A DNA stretch of 64,000 nucleotides, taken from Lytechinus pictus (lineage: Eukaryota). The translations under genes and the position numbers were made by a program. Numbering within the stretch: position 1 is the stretch's first letter; each line of letters starts with the position of its first letter. This document shows, piece by piece, positions 1 through 13,441 of the stretch. Below the pieces are notes generated by a model. That model was not told where the DNA came from. It searched no databases and worked only from the letters and a program-made list of their open reading frames with translations. The DNA lies in contig NC_087252.1 in NCBI RefSeq assembly GCF_037042905.1, forward strand, positions 25,794,001-25,858,000, in the 5' to 3' direction.

Positions 1-904
1 TACTAATACTAACCTCGCAATACGTGTGAGTGATTTTGGCCAGGAATCAGGGTAATCACTGCTGAAAATTTGTCTGGCTTCATGACATCGGCATCATGGT
101 GATATAATTATGTGTATAATAAAAACTTAAACATTCCTCTGAAACAGCATATTTTCAGCCATGGTCCATACCAGTGCTCCTAAATAATTTAATCGCCTGC
201 CTGAGTCCTGACCAGTTTTAGAAATCTGAAGAAAAAAAATCTGCTGGAATTGTGCAAAAACATTATTTCTAAAATAAAGACTTTTTAATTTTAATAGTAG
301 TTATGCCAAAATGCATGATTCTAAACTTATATCAGATCTGTATCTGTCATCTGACCTGAATGCATCGTCAGAACAAGTACAGTTTCCAAACATGCTTACC
401 TTGACTTTTGACTGGATCAAACAGCGTAACCTGCAACATGCATCGGGAGCAAGTGAATGGGACCGTGCAGCTTGGAGTTTTTCAATAGTTTGTAGAGCAA
501 CACAACGAAGACTGTCGAGTGGACAAAATCGATCTTTCCAGTTCACAATTCAATAAAAAACGGGCAAAATAACACAGTTCTGGTTCCCTTATAGTATGAA
601 GTTGTCGAAAACAGAATTCGGATATCACAATACATGAAGAAAACGGTAAATTCGAAGAAAAATAGAGACCAGGAAGGTGAATCAGCTATCAGTGTACTGC
701 TGGCTTGCACAGAGAGCTGAGTGAGTCGATCATGTGACGTCATTATTCTCGACTGTTTTTGATCGCGTGATTGTCTGTCTGGGGGCGGCTGGGGGCTGAG
801 AAGGGTCTCTAATAATTTAATTTCTTGCATTTCCACGACATCAATAAGACTTTTTAGTGACATATTTGCGTATAAAAAGACAAGACCTTTCCATTCATAT
901 ATAA

Positions 905-950
905 TTGTCTCACCTGCATAGCAGAGTGAGACTATAGGCGCCGCTTTTCC

Positions 951-981
<31 letters not shown>

Positions 982-1889
982 GCGGCGACGGCGGCGGCGG
1001 CGTCAACACCAAATCTTAACCTGAGGTTAAGTTTTTGAAATGACAGCATAACTTGGAAAGTATATGGACCTAGTTCATGAAACTTGGCCATAAGGTTAAT
1101 CAAGTATTACTGAACATCCTGCCTGAGTTTCATGTCACATGACTAAGGTCAAAGGTCATTTAGGGTCAATGAACTTAGACCATGTTGGGGGAATCAACAT
1201 CAAAATCTTAACCTAAGGTTAAGTTTTTGAAATGTCATCATAACTTAGAAAATATATGGACCTAGTTCATGAAACTTATACATAAGGTTAATCAAGTATC
1301 ACTGAACATCCTGCATGAGTTTCACGTCACATGACCAAGGTCAAAGGTCATTTAGGGTCAATGAACTTTGGCCGAATTGGGGGTATCTGTTGAATTACCA
1401 TCATAACTTTGAAAGTTTATGGATCTGATTCATGAAACTTGGACATAATAGTAATCAAGTATTACTGAACATCCTGTGCAAGTTTCAGGTCACATGATCA
1501 AGGTCAAAGGTCATTTAGGGTCAATGAACTTTGGCCAAATTGGGGTATTTGTTGAATTACAGCCATAAATTTGAAAGTGTGTTGGTCTAGTTCATAAAAC
1601 TTGGACATAATAGTAATCAAGTATCACTGAACATCCTGTGCGAGTTTCAGCTCACATGATCAAGGTCAAAGGTCATGTAAGGTCAAAGAACTTTGGCCAC
1701 GTTGGGGGTATTTGTTGAATTGCCATCGTATCTCTATAAGTGCATTGGTCTAGTTAATAAAACGTGGAAATAAGAGTAACCAAGTATCACTGAACATCTT
1801 GTGCGAGTTATAGTAGTTTTCAAAATCAGCACTGCGGCTATATTGAATCGCGTGATGCAGGTGAGACGGCCAGAGGCATTCCACTTGTT
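905..1889 (+). mobile_element. Non-autonomous Helentron/DINE-like (Tsp/pearl-type) element with internal ~162-bp tandem core repeats
   Basis: 5' subterminal repeat GTCTCACCTGCAT (907-919) has a short local inverted partner (GTGAGAC 926-932). It is followed by a (GGC/GAC)n microsatellite and ~5 core repeats (period ~162 bp, first ~192). The reverse complement ATGCAGGTGAGAC is at 1855-1867, and the element ends at CTTGTT. Confidence 0.75.
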
Positions 1890-2984
1890 TGTCTATAATC
1901 ATCACTTTCGTTAATTTTCTTTGGATGTATACTTTAAACCTCGCAGATATCCTCAATTTTTAATCAAATCGCGGGCATAAACAGAATATAGCTTTTACAC
2001 AACACATTTATTCAACCCAGTTGCGTAATGAACCAAATATTTTGAGGGGGCAAAACATAGCAATGTGGGAAAAATGTTGTAAAATTCGCCAGCGTGCAAA
2101 GCGAGCTGGAAAAAAAATTGCCCATTGAAATTAAATTCTAATTATGTGATAGATTTTTCCATTATACTCAGCAAATAACACATTTCATTGTTTCCATTCA
2201 TTTCATTATACGTTGTCTCCTATAATTGCCTTTATTTCCTCTTGGGTGTGAAACCAAGACCCCCTCCCCCGCGCCTGTCTGCCAGTGATTGAACGGGGGC
2301 GTCATAGAGCCATTTGAAGGTTATAAATGAAGAGCCCCTACTGTGTGGGGTCTGGGCAAAGCCCCAGTAGCTTATTTGCATAAAATTTAGCAAGCTTATA
2401 GCACAATGTTGTATGCAGTTCATCTTTCTTACCGCTCTTTAATTTCAATCATCGGCAGCCCGGTCGAGCAATTTTTTTTTCTTGTCCCTTTTCTTTGTTT
2501 TCCAATTTAGCTTTTGACTAATTACATTCTACCATCGTTTCCCGATATTGTTTGCCATTTTGTCATCTTTAAATTTATTTCCCACCGCGCTATTGCATTA
2601 CATAGGCCTATTTCTCAATGATTTGTTCTTTCTCAAATGTTAATTCTAACGTACATTTTCCCGCTTTCCTTCCTTTTCCATTAAAAAAAGTTTTTTCATC
2701 GTATTCTTTTCCCTTTCCCTTTCCTCCTTTCCTTTTCTGCTTTCCTTCCCCTTTCCCTTTCTTTCTCCCTCCTTTTTTTCTTTTTCCCCCTTTTTTTTTT
2801 CCCGGTGAAATCCGCCGGGGGGCAACTTGCCCCCCCTGCCCCCCCCCCCCCCGCCTGTTACGCCACTGTGGGCAGCCTGAATAAAACAATGAACTTTTTA
2901 TCAATCAGAAATGAGGGGAGCATTGCTTCTAAATTCTTCCTTTTTAATGAAAAGTCTTTTAATAAGTAGTCATTCAGGACAATA

Positions 2985-3962
2985 CAGTGCGTATCAAAAT
3001 AAAGTTTACACTTTGAAAAAGCCCTGGGATTAAAAACATATACAACATGTGGGTAACTTTTTCACATATATTCTTGGGTTTGGGTCTCATCTATCCAATG
3101 AAAGTAAAAGTTTTGTCAGAATGTTAAACTTGAGTGAGCACTGTCCACTTTTGTAAAGCTCGCAGAAATCTGTTTGCGCAGAAATGCTCGTTTTCACGCT
3201 GTGTTTAATAAGGGGAAACGGCGAAATCAAACTTACCCTGCGAAACATTTCTCATACATTTCCCTTGCACTTTTAGTCAGTTGAAATAAGACAGATACAT
3301 TCAAGCATTTTGTAACAATTTTGCCACCCAAGTTGAAATTTCAACACTTAGTAAGCACAACCTTTACCCTTTTTGTGTCAGCTGGATCTGAGGACATAAC
3401 TGAATCTGAACAAAAGTTTATATCAGACATCTCCAGCATTATTTCACTAAGTTTTTATCATTGAAAGTGGGTTTACATTTCATTTTTCATTTAATACTTG
3501 TTTCTCCACACTTTTCCAAAGTTGGCAATAAAAAAAAATGAAAATCAAGCTTAAGCCATTTCATGTAGATTACAGCTCAGTGTAAAGCAAATATCATCAC
3601 GATGGCCTCAGTGTGGGGGGGGGGGGAAGGGGTGGGGTGAAAGTCAATAAACGGTAAAAGATATATTTTAATAATAATCTGTTATAGATATCAATTTTAA
3701 TAGCTAAATTCTATGTGTTCTTCATGATTACGGTCTACTTTTATTCGCATAACTATTTCAAAGTTCTGCGCAAATCATTTTTCACTAACTTTTCAAAAGT
3801 AAGTGGTGCTCACTCAAGCGGAAATATCTTTCGACAGTTATTTCGTCATTTGATTAAATGGATCTGTACCAATGTGAAAATGTGGAAAAATCTTCAGGAT
3901 ATTACAAATGTATAATTTTACAGGGTTTTTTCAAAGTGTAAACTTTTTTTTGATACGCACTG
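2985..3962. mobile_element. Tc1/mariner-type MITE
   Basis: ~42-bp TIRs (CAGTGCGTATCAAAA..AAGTTTACACTTTGAAAAA.CCCTG) flanked by TA on both sides (2983-84, 3963-64). No ORF. Confidence 0.9.
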
Positions 3963-6303
3963 TATAATTAAGTAACCTCAATATATACAATCGGGAGCAA
4001 TATGTTATCTTTTTTTCATGATGGGAAATGTACAAGGGTTCACAGCATTTTTACGAGCTGAAAAACTTGAGGTTTTGTGTGAAGTTATATTTTAGTGAAT
4101 TAACTGATGATTTCTACTACACTATTTAAACAATGAATGAATGAAACTGTTTGTGTAAATTATCGGGCTAAAATGTTTTTTCTAAAGCAATGCGGTTGTA
4201 CTTTATCAAACCTTTCTGCATTTCATGATATGGTTTGTCATATTTCCCATATTTTTTTTTTTTACAACTTGAAAAAGTAAGGAGTTTCAACATATAAAAA
4301 AAATAGTGATCATCAAGGTAGGTCCAAATAGATAATTGATATGTATTTTTTTACATCTTATAATAATTCCACATTAGCATGCAAGAGGAAGTAATCTTCC
4401 AGGCTACGGGTGAATCAATTATAAAGGTTTTCTTTTCATGCTCAGTGACAAAGAAATTAACCTGCTCTGACCAGTGAAAATCACCAGTTTAGCTGAAGGG
4501 ACTCACAAAAGAATATGCCTACATGAAATCAATTAGAATGGTTAGAATTACCTATTTCATGTTCTATGGAGATAAAAAAGTACTTTTTCCAGTTCACTTT
4601 ATGTCAAATCAATTACTTGAATTAAAATAGGCCTACTATTTATAGTTTCTGAATCCAAATCCTGCAATCAAATGCATTATATATTGTGTGTCGTACGGGA
4701 CAACTTTTAAAAGGACGATTATTGAAAAATGAAGGGTAGTAATTAGATCCTTATGGGATAAATCGATCACCCATGGGTCAAAGATAGACAAACTGTTATT
4801 GTAAAATTGCATCATCAAAAATAAAATTGTAGGAAAAACTTTTGCATTTTCATGTGTCGTACGGGACATTGCCAAAAATAGGTTCGGAAAAATCAGGGCT
4901 GCCCCTTTTATGGATCATGAAAATGTTGTAGATATTATTTGGAACCATCAATTATACATTATTCCATTGACCTGCAATATTTTCAATCTTCTCGTGCTTT
5001 GGCAATAATTGTTTCAGGCAGTGTTTGTATTTAATTAGCAAGATTATTGAAAATTCCATTGTTCCCCCCCCCAAAAAAAAAAAAATATATATATATATAT
5101 ATATCTGACTTCACTTTTGGTTAAAACTCATAATTTTCATAAAATTTAGGTATCATAGTAAAATATTACACTACTTATGACTTATTGAAAGCATGTTGAA
5201 ATTTATGCTATTTTTTAAGTTCTAGTGTGGAATCGCCCATGATTGCAAAAATATGTCAAAATATTTTAGTCCAATACCGCACAGCCCTACTTCCAGCTCC
5301 ACTCCAGTAGTTAAGACAAAGTTCGAGAGGTATTGACTTAAGCGATTAATTGTAACTCTTAGGAGAAAAGAACAAGGGAGGCTATGATCGAGGCCAGATA
5401 TAGTTACCCTGGCCGGGCTATTTCCAGCCCCTGTGTTTAGAGTGGGGAGAAATAGCTGAATTTTAAGTACAGCTCCCGATGGGTAAAACTATCTTCCGGG
5501 GTTTACAATGCTTAATGAGCAGAGATAATGCTTATGTAACTCTCCCAGAGTCTATGCTTAAGTGGTATGGAAGGGCTCGCTCGAAAGGTATAAATAGGGA
5601 GGATTTTTCGGGTAAAGGACAGTTCCAGAGCAGACTCGAGCAGGCATCTTCCGTACCACCAAGCATCTAAATTTCAGTCGTGAGACTGGGGGGCCAGTCA
5701 TCAACACCAATGTAGGTTACCATCTACACCCACCTTGGGTTGGGTGGGGGGCAGAAGGCTGGTATACAACGCCTATGGATATATATAGTCCAAAACATTG
5801 ATGCCTGCGCCGACCCAAGTTCTCATATGCTTGTTCTATTATTGTATTTATCATGTTCACTTTTATATGGCCATTTATAATGCATGGGTATTGGCCTTCA
5901 CTGTATATACACTACATCAGTATGATTGGTTGGAAGTAGTATGAATAAAACGGGAGCTATAGAGCCCCAATATAGTTGCACTGCAAGATTATGATCTCCG
6001 TGTTGTCAATGGTTTAGCACCTATGTCATACACAATGCGTGGATCTCAGCCCCACTGTTGCTTTGTTGACCGCTCGCTACCAAGAGAGGGATTGATCGAG
6101 AGAGAAGCGCCCCGTACCCCATTTTCCCAGTCCTACCCATACCCCCTCGAACTATAGTTGATATAAAAGAGAGAGAAGGATTGGAAAGCCCCTGTGAACC
6201 ACACCCCCCCCCCCTCTATTTTCGCCACGCTGGGGGCAGCGGTGGGATTGAAGAGCCCCCGTGAAGCACATCTCTTCCCCCCTTCCCTCCATTTTCGCCA
6301 CAC

Positions 6304-6321
6304 TGGTGACAGCGGTGGGAT
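6304..6321 (+). promoter_or_regulatory. Primer-binding site complementary to the 3' end of tRNA-Leu
   Basis: TGGTGACAGCGGTGGGAT has one mismatch to TGGTGGCAGCGGTGGGAT (reverse complement of a tRNA-Leu(AAG)-type 3' end plus CCA) and starts 1 nt after the LTR end CA. A second copy, TGGGGGCAGCGGTGGGAT, lies at 6231-6248. Confidence 0.8.
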
Positions 6322-6611
6322 GAGATCATTTGACTGATGTTAACTGGCATAACGGAAAGTCAGCTGATTGCAGTGTCAGACTGTTTGCTGGAATCTGCTA
6401 CAATACATGGAAGAGGCGAGCTTAGTGGATGCAGGTACACTACAACCTGAATGCTTGATTGGCTGATAGCACAACAGGCGTGGCAGTGAATGGACCGCCA
6501 ACAAAGAGGGCTGAGCTACGGGAAGGCAGCTAGGAGAAATGGATGCTGAGAGGGAGCAGGCAGTGAGCTGAGTCGGCGGTAGTACAACCCACGTGCATCA
6601 ATGCAGAGCTA

Positions 6612-6890
6612 TGTAGCAGTACCTAACACAACAGGTACTGACCACTACAATCAACATCATGAAGCAGTACACCTAGCAGTACCTAATATAACAGGTACTG
6701 TCCACTACAATCAACAGGCAGCAGGACAGCTAGCAGTACCTAACACTACATGTACTGACCACTACAATCAACGGGTAGGCAGCAGTACAGCTAGCAGTAC
6801 CTAACACAACAGCTAGGTACTGTCCACTACAATCAACAGGCAGCAGTACATTTAGCAGTACCTAACACATCAGGTACTGACCGCTGCAAT
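6612..6890. repeat. ~56-bp tandem repeat inside the LTR element
   Basis: About 5 copies of GCAGTACCTAACACAACAGGTACTGACCACTACAATCAAC... Confidence 0.9.
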
Positions 6891-6937
6891 CCACGAGCTA
6901 CGCAATCACTTGCAGTATCGAATATACAGCAGGTACC

Positions 6938-7795
6938 AGAGCCAGGGAGACAGCAGGGCTGTGACGGCAGAGCAGAGCCATGGGGACAGCAGGGCTATGA
7001 CGGCATGCAGAGCAGAGCCAGGGAGACAGCAGAGCTGTAACGGCATGCAGAGCAGAGCCAGGGAGACAGCAGAGCTGTGACGGCATGCAGAGCAGAGCCG
7101 GGTAGACAGCAGGGCTGAGACGGCAGAGCAGAGCAGAGCAGAGCAAGGGAGACAGCAGGGCTGTGACGGCATGCAGAGCAGAGCCAGGTAGACAGCAGGG
7201 CTGTGACGGCATGCAGAGCAGAGCCAGGGAGACAGCAGGGCTGTGACGGCATGCAGAGCAGAGCCAGGGAGACAGCAGAGCTGTGACGGCAGAGCAGAGC
7301 CATGGGGACAGCAGGGCTATGACGGCATGCAAAGCAGAGCCAGGGAGACAGCAGAGCTGTGACGGCATGCAGAGCAGAGCCAGGGAGATAGCAGAGCTGT
7401 GACGGCATGCAGAGCAGAGCCAGGAGACAGCAGAGCTGTGACGGCATGCAGAGCAGAGCCAGGTAGACAGCAGGGCTGAGACGGTAGAGCAGAGCCAGGG
7501 AGACAGCAGGGCTGTGGCGGCATGCAGAGCAGAGCCAGGGAGACAGCAGGGCTATGACGGCATGCAGAGCAGAGCCAGGGAGACAGCAGAGCTGTGACGG
7601 CATGCAGAGCAGAGCCAGGTAGACATCAGGGCTGAGACGGCAGAGCAGAGCCAGGGAGACAGCAGGGCTATGAAGGCAGAGCAGAGCCGGGGATACAGCA
7701 GGGCTGTGAAGGCAGAGCAGAGGGATGAGAACAGCAGGGCTGTGAAGGCGGAGCATGGCCAGTGAGACAGCAGGACAGAGATGGCATGGCAGAGC
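6938..7795. repeat. 35/40-bp minisatellite inside the LTR element
   Basis: About 20 copies of GGCATGCAGAGCAGAGCCAGGGAGACAGCAGGGCTGTGAC and 35-bp variants. Explains the repetitive minus-strand ORFs at 6898-7839. Confidence 0.95.
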
Positions 7796-9844
7796 CGCTT
7801 AGACCGGCTTAGGGTCGCAAAGCAAAACTCGGGAGACACCGGTGATGAGACTTGGAGAAGCAGAGTGGTAGGAAATCAGTGTTGATATGGTAGAGCAAAA
7901 CAAAACAGAAGCCTGTCGTAATATACAAGCGGACGGAGAGTAGTGGAAAGAAACTTAACAAACGGCCTTTAAGTTGACCGCTGTTATGGGCACATTGACA
8001 GGGCTAGAGCACTTGAAAGTGTGTACCTGCTATTAGTGGGGATACAGTGCAGTTCTGTGTGCCTATGATTTGTGTGATACTTGGTAGCAGAGATTAAGTT
8101 ATGTGTATGAGATTCACCGGAAACAGTTATATGGACTCTACTTCATATACAATTGACTGTTATATGCAAATGATATTCGTTGGACCTTCTGTCGCTACAA
8201 CCACGGTGAGACGTAAGCAAACAGTGATAACGTGGATCAGTGGAGGAGCTGAATCACAATTGATTTGTGTATCAATCCCAACGATTGGCAGGACGTTCAC
8301 ACATAGCCTATAACAGAAACTCTACATTCTTGAATGGAGAAGGACATTTGGACTATGACGTCCAAGTTCAATCAAATCATTTAGTGAACACTGGAATCAT
8401 GGGCAGGAGGCCGCAGTAAAACTTTTTTTCGCGGAATGTCAACTTTATTTGCCAGGGCGGACAGTGATAATTGTTTTGGATTGAGTAAGCATCATATTCA
8501 TACGAGATGAATGACACACATCAGGCAGTCACCAGTACGGTTTGTAAGGTGGAAGCAGACTGAGGCAGATGAACTGGTTGGAAAATGCTGGTCAATGGAA
8601 TGAACCATCTTGCAGCCCATGTTAATCACCTTTTTGTGTTACGGAGAAAAGGAATGTTTCGACAAGGTTCTGCGTTGAATTTTGGAAAATCGATGACGTC
8701 ACATTAAACGATGCCTATCCAATCACACGGACTGGCAACACCAAACAACTGTTAGGAGAAGCAAATGGTTCCGCAGTTTGGACCTGGATAGATGCTACGC
8801 AGGGAACTGGATGAGGACAATGAGGACACGAGGAATCGAGAGCAGCCCTTTCTACTAGAATGGACCAAGGGAAGGAGAAATATGGGTTGTGTAATGCCCC
8901 ATCGATAATGATTTGAACAATGACTGGAAAGACATTGGACATGATGATTGGCCTCTCTTTGAATGAAAGACGCAGGATAAAGAGACTGAAAAGACTTTGA
9001 ACCCTGATTTCTATAGAGCAGTACATTTGATTTTAGTGGGTCATGAGTATATCAAAAGCGAAGGACTGTATACCTTGATGACTACGTCTAATGCTTTGGC
9101 ATTGATAGGTATGGTTCATTATTTTTGTTGATAAAACGTAGGTTCTATTGTATCCTTATTCTCTTTTCTCTTTTCCTTGCCATTTCTTCTCGGCACTTCA
9201 AATCTGTCACGCTACTCAGCGTATTATCCTACTACTCTCCACTACTTGCATTAACGAATTTCCATACCCTATTCTTTTTAACAAACATTCCTACCCTCCT
9301 GTAATACTTCTGCAGACTACCTAGAAGCAGACTATTCTCCCTTCTTTTCTCACAACATTCTTGTCACTCATCTTTGTCACTGCATTCTACTGTCTATTTT
9401 CCTTGTCCTTAGCAGGACACGGCTTGAGTTATGTACGTCAATATAGTTGGGTACGTCAATAAACGATGGTTTAGAGTTAATACAGTAAGTGTCAGACTGT
9501 AAGGTTATAACTTTCTTTGTATGAAGTGTGTTTTCTGTAGGAAGGTGGAAGAGAATATTAGAACGTAGGTAGATTTTTGTTAAATACACTACTCAAAAAA
9601 AGTTAAGGACCACTTTTTAAAACGTACATAAAGATTTTATACAAGGTGTTTTATTTCTGGAAATACCTCAGTACAACTGTCCTAAATGTCCTTAAACACG
9701 CTGTAATCAATTTCACGCATGGGTGGTTTCAGTTGTTGCACAATGTCTCTCGCATCACTGCACATCCTGAAAAGTGGGCCCCGAGGGGTATCAGCTACCG
9801 ACATGAAGTGGTAAAAACGAATGTCTGAGTGTCTTTCAGGCAGT

Positions 9845-10578
9845 TCAGTAACGAGTGTGACCACCTCCTGCAGCAATAACGGCTTCACAGCGCTGTCTCA
9901 TGGAGCTGATGAGGCGATTGATGTCTCTGACGTCCAGTGCATCCCATGCAGCCTCCAGAGCCACACCCAGCTGCTGCAGTCCAAGTGGATGGGCTTCGAG
10001 CTGCTCGAGACTCCTCCCCATCATGTCCCAGACGTGCTCTATCGGGTTTAAGTCCGGGGACCTCGCTGGCCACTCCATACGCTCAATCCCCTGGCCCTCA
10101 AGGAACTCGGTCACCACCCTAGCTCGGTGGGCACGGGCATTGTCATCCATGAAAATGATGTTTTGTCCCACATTTTCTGCAAATGGCACCACTATAGGTT
10201 CAAGGACCTCATCCCTGTACCTCACTCCTGTCATTGCTCCCCCTGGGACCACGTAGAGACGAGTACGGTTGGCGTAGGTGATGCCTCCCCACACCATGAC
10301 GCTGCCTCCCCCATAACGGTCATGTTCTGCAATACAGGGGTCTGCAAATCTCTCTCCTGGTCGCCTCCAGACTCTCGAACGTCCATCATTGTGGTCAAGG
10401 GAAAATCTGCTCTCATCTGTGAACAGAACTCTACGCCATTGCTGTCTGGTCCATCTGACATGCTCCCGGGCCCAGTTGAGACGAATTCTTCTGTGAGCAG
10501 GGGTGAGTGGGACACACTGAGCTGGCCGTCTGGCATGCATATTGGCTCTGTGAAGTCGGTTACGGATTGTTTGAGTGG
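9845..10578 (-). pseudogene. Tc1 DD34E transposase, 5'-truncated
   Basis: W..VLFTDESRF, GGGSVMVWG, FMDDNAR and WPARSPDLNPIEHVW motifs, with 34 residues between the second D and the E. The N-terminal paired HTH and an ATG are missing (the track ORF starts at a TTG in the TIR fragment). Confidence 0.92.
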
Positions 10579-10647
10579 AAAAAGTTAAGGACCACTTTTT
10601 AATGTGTGTATACAATTTTCAAACCGGGTGTTGTATTTCTAGAAATA

Positions 10648-11183
10648 GTTCGAGAGTCTGGAGGCGACCAGGAGAGAGATTTGCAGACCCCTGTATTGCA
10701 GAACATGACCGTTATGGGGGAGGCAGCGTCATGGTGTGGGGAGGCATCACCTACGCCAACCGTACTCGTCTCTACGTGGTCCCAGGGGGAGCAATGACAG
10801 GAGTGAGGTATAGGGATGAGGTCCTTGAACCTATAGTGGTGCCATTTGCAGAAAATGTGGGACAAAACATCATTTTCATGGATGACAATGCCCGTGCCCA
10901 CCGAGCTAGGGTGGTGACCGAGTTCCTTGAGGGCCAGGGGATTGAGCGTATGGAGTGGCCAGCGAGGTCCCCGGACTTAAACCCGATAGAGCACGTCTGG
11001 GACATGATGGGGAGGAGTCTCGAGCAGCTCGAAGCCCATCCACTTGGACTGCAGCAGCTGGGTGTGGCTCTGGAGGCTGCATGGGATGCACTGGACGTCA
11101 GAGACATCAATCGCCTCATCAGCTCCATGAGACAGCGCTGTGAAGCCGTTATTGCTGCAGGAGGTGGTCACACTCGTTACTGA
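10648..11183 (+). pseudogene. Tc1 transposase C-terminal fragment (second arm)
   Basis: Same protein sequence as the left arm from RVWRRPGE to GGHTRY. Lacks the first catalytic D. Confidence 0.92.
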
Positions 11184-12913
11184 ACTGCCTGAAAGACACT
11201 CAGACATTCGTTTTTACCACTTCATGTCGGTAGCTGATACCCCTCGGGGCCCACTTTTCAGGATGTGCAGTGATGCGAGAGACATTGTGCAACAACTGAA
11301 ACCACCCATGCGTGAAATTGATTACAGCGTGTTTAAGGACATTTAGGACAGTTGTACTGAGGTATTTCCAGAAATAAAACACCTTGTATAAAATCTTTAT
11401 GTACGTTTTAAAAAGTGGTCCTTAACTTTTTTTGAGTAGTGTAGTTTAATAGTCAAGGATCGGGTTGTAAGGCAAATTGGTAGGTGGTAGGTATACTCTC
11501 GTTATGCATAGTTATTACATAGATTGTGTGTTTATGGTGTCACGGTAGGTTTAGGGATTTAGAGAGCTAAATAGTCTGTAATATTCTAGTACGAACTTGA
11601 TTCGGTTGCGTAGGTATAAGTTATTATTATATTTTAGTAAGGCATATTGGTTTCGTAGAGATACAGTAAGATTTCGTTGCTTAATGCAACTTTGGTGTGC
11701 TCAAAACGGATATGATATTCACTCAAATATGTGTGTTACTATAAGGGATATGGTAGAACACTAGAGGGGTGGATGCTCGATTGTTTTGTTTTGTATTGTG
11801 ACTTAGCCGATTAGAGGGGTATAGCATTGTTTACGAACCCCAAGTAGATGTAAGTAGAGCAAGAAGTTAGATGGAAGTAGATAGTTATGTAGCTTCTTTT
11901 TTGCACTTTGGTAGGACGGTATTAGTCAATGTGTTGATGGAATGGAAAATATTTTGCCAGACCAAAGTAATTTCCTCGATCCAGGAGTATCGAGCTGGGG
12001 AGGGGGCTGTGTGACGAAATGTCACTTTGAGCTAGGTAAAAACCCGCAATGCAGCTTTAAGGTAAAGAGCCCTCTCGCGGGAAGAGAGGGACAGGCAAAA
12101 TTCTCTCCAGTTTAACCGTTTCACTCCCAGGCCGACCAACACCTACACGCAGTAGCACTGATTGACCATTACCCAGGAGTGGAATAGGCTTAAACTACCT
12201 TTTTATAAATGACCAAAATCTCCAGACAATGGAAGCTTGTGAAAACCTAGCACTAACCCATCCAATACCGCACATCCCTACTTCCAGCTCCACTCCAGTA
12301 GTTAAGACAAAGTTCGAGAGGTATTGACGTAAGCGATTAATTGTAACTCTTAGGAGTAGAGAACAAGGGAGGCTATGATCGAGGCCAGATATAGTTACTC
12401 TGGTCGGGCTATTTCCAGCCCCTGTGTTTAGAGTGGGGAGAAATAGCTGAATTTTAAGTACAGCTCCCGATGGGTAAAACTATCTTCCGGGGTTTACAAT
12501 GCTTAATGAGCAGAGATAATGCTTATGTAACTCTCCCAGAGTCTATGCTTAAGTGGTATAGAAGGGCTCGCTCGAAAGGTATAAATAGGGAGGATTTTTC
12601 TGGTAAAGGACAGTTCCAGAGCAGACTCGAGCAGGCAACTTCCGTACCACCAAGCATCTAAATTTCAGTCGTGAGACTGGGGGGCCAGTCATCAACACCA
12701 ATGTAGGTTACCATCTACATCCACCTTGGGTTGGGTGGGGGGCAGAAGGCTGGTATACAACGTCTATGGGTGGGCGGTGGTGCACAGTTACTAATGGGTA
12801 GCCTAGTAAATGCTCGAGCTAGCTTGCTCACACGAACAGCATCCATGTACTGGCTGTGCATCCCCAATTACTCTATGGGGTTTACATACTAGGCCACATC
12901 ACGTTAGGTTAGT

Positions 12914-13441
12914 GGGGAATTCATAGGGCTTACTACATCCTTGGTATGGGATTACATAATAATACATGGGTCGATGAACTACCACGGGGCTGCCTAGTAT
13001 GTGTATTACACGAACAGCGTCCTAGCCTCCCCTACGTATGTTATGGTCATCTCACTGCCATGGCTGTTGGCATAGCCATACCAAAACAAGGGGGATTCAT
13101 AGGGCTTGTTACATCCTTGGTATGGGGTTACATAATAATACATGGGTCGAGGAACTACCACGGGGCTGCCTAGTATGTGTATTACACGAACAGCGTCCTA
13201 GCCTCCCCTACGTATGTTATGGTCATCTCACTGCCATGGCTGTTGGCATAGCCATACCAAAACAAGGGGGATTCATAGGGCTTGTAACATCCTTGGTATG
13301 GGGTTACATAATAATACATGGGTCGAGGAACTACCACGGGGCTGCCTAGTATGTGTATTACACGAACAGCGTCCTAGCCTCCCCTACGTATATTATGGTC
13401 ATCTCATTGCCATGGCTGTTTGCATAGCCATACCAAAACAA
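12914..13441. repeat. 3 x 176-bp tandem repeat within the right LTR
   Basis: Unit GGGGGATTCATAGGGCTTGTTACATCC...CATACCAAAACAA recurs at ~12914, 13090 and 13266. Confidence 0.95.

Larger units (their letters stand above)
9587..11441. mobile_element. Head-to-head (foldback) fusion of two Tc1 3' halves
   Basis: Inverted arms 9587-10380 and 10648-11441 (794 bp each, nearly identical). Terminal CACTACTCAAAAAAAGTTAAGGACCAC, TA on both flanks, and an internal TIR fragment at ~10579-10647. Confidence 0.95.

Noticed and set aside
390..800. Possible minus-strand first exon (AAG|GTAAGC donor near 399) with CRE TGACGTCA (735-742) and a GC box
   Set aside because: Short motifs only, with no recognisable protein or other support.
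2608..2904. Lys/Gly- or Phe/Pro-rich ORFs here and at 23355-23899, 37359-37949, 44561-44963, 63596-63984
   Set aside because: Translations of purine/pyrimidine tracts, microsatellites and MITEs.
6898..7839. Cys/Leu-rich repetitive ORFs
   Set aside because: They are translations of a 35/40-bp minisatellite whose units are not multiples of three.
7900..8300. Decayed Gmr1-like gag inside the LTR element
   Set aside because: Only faint motif hints requiring several frameshifts. Not supportable without an alignment.
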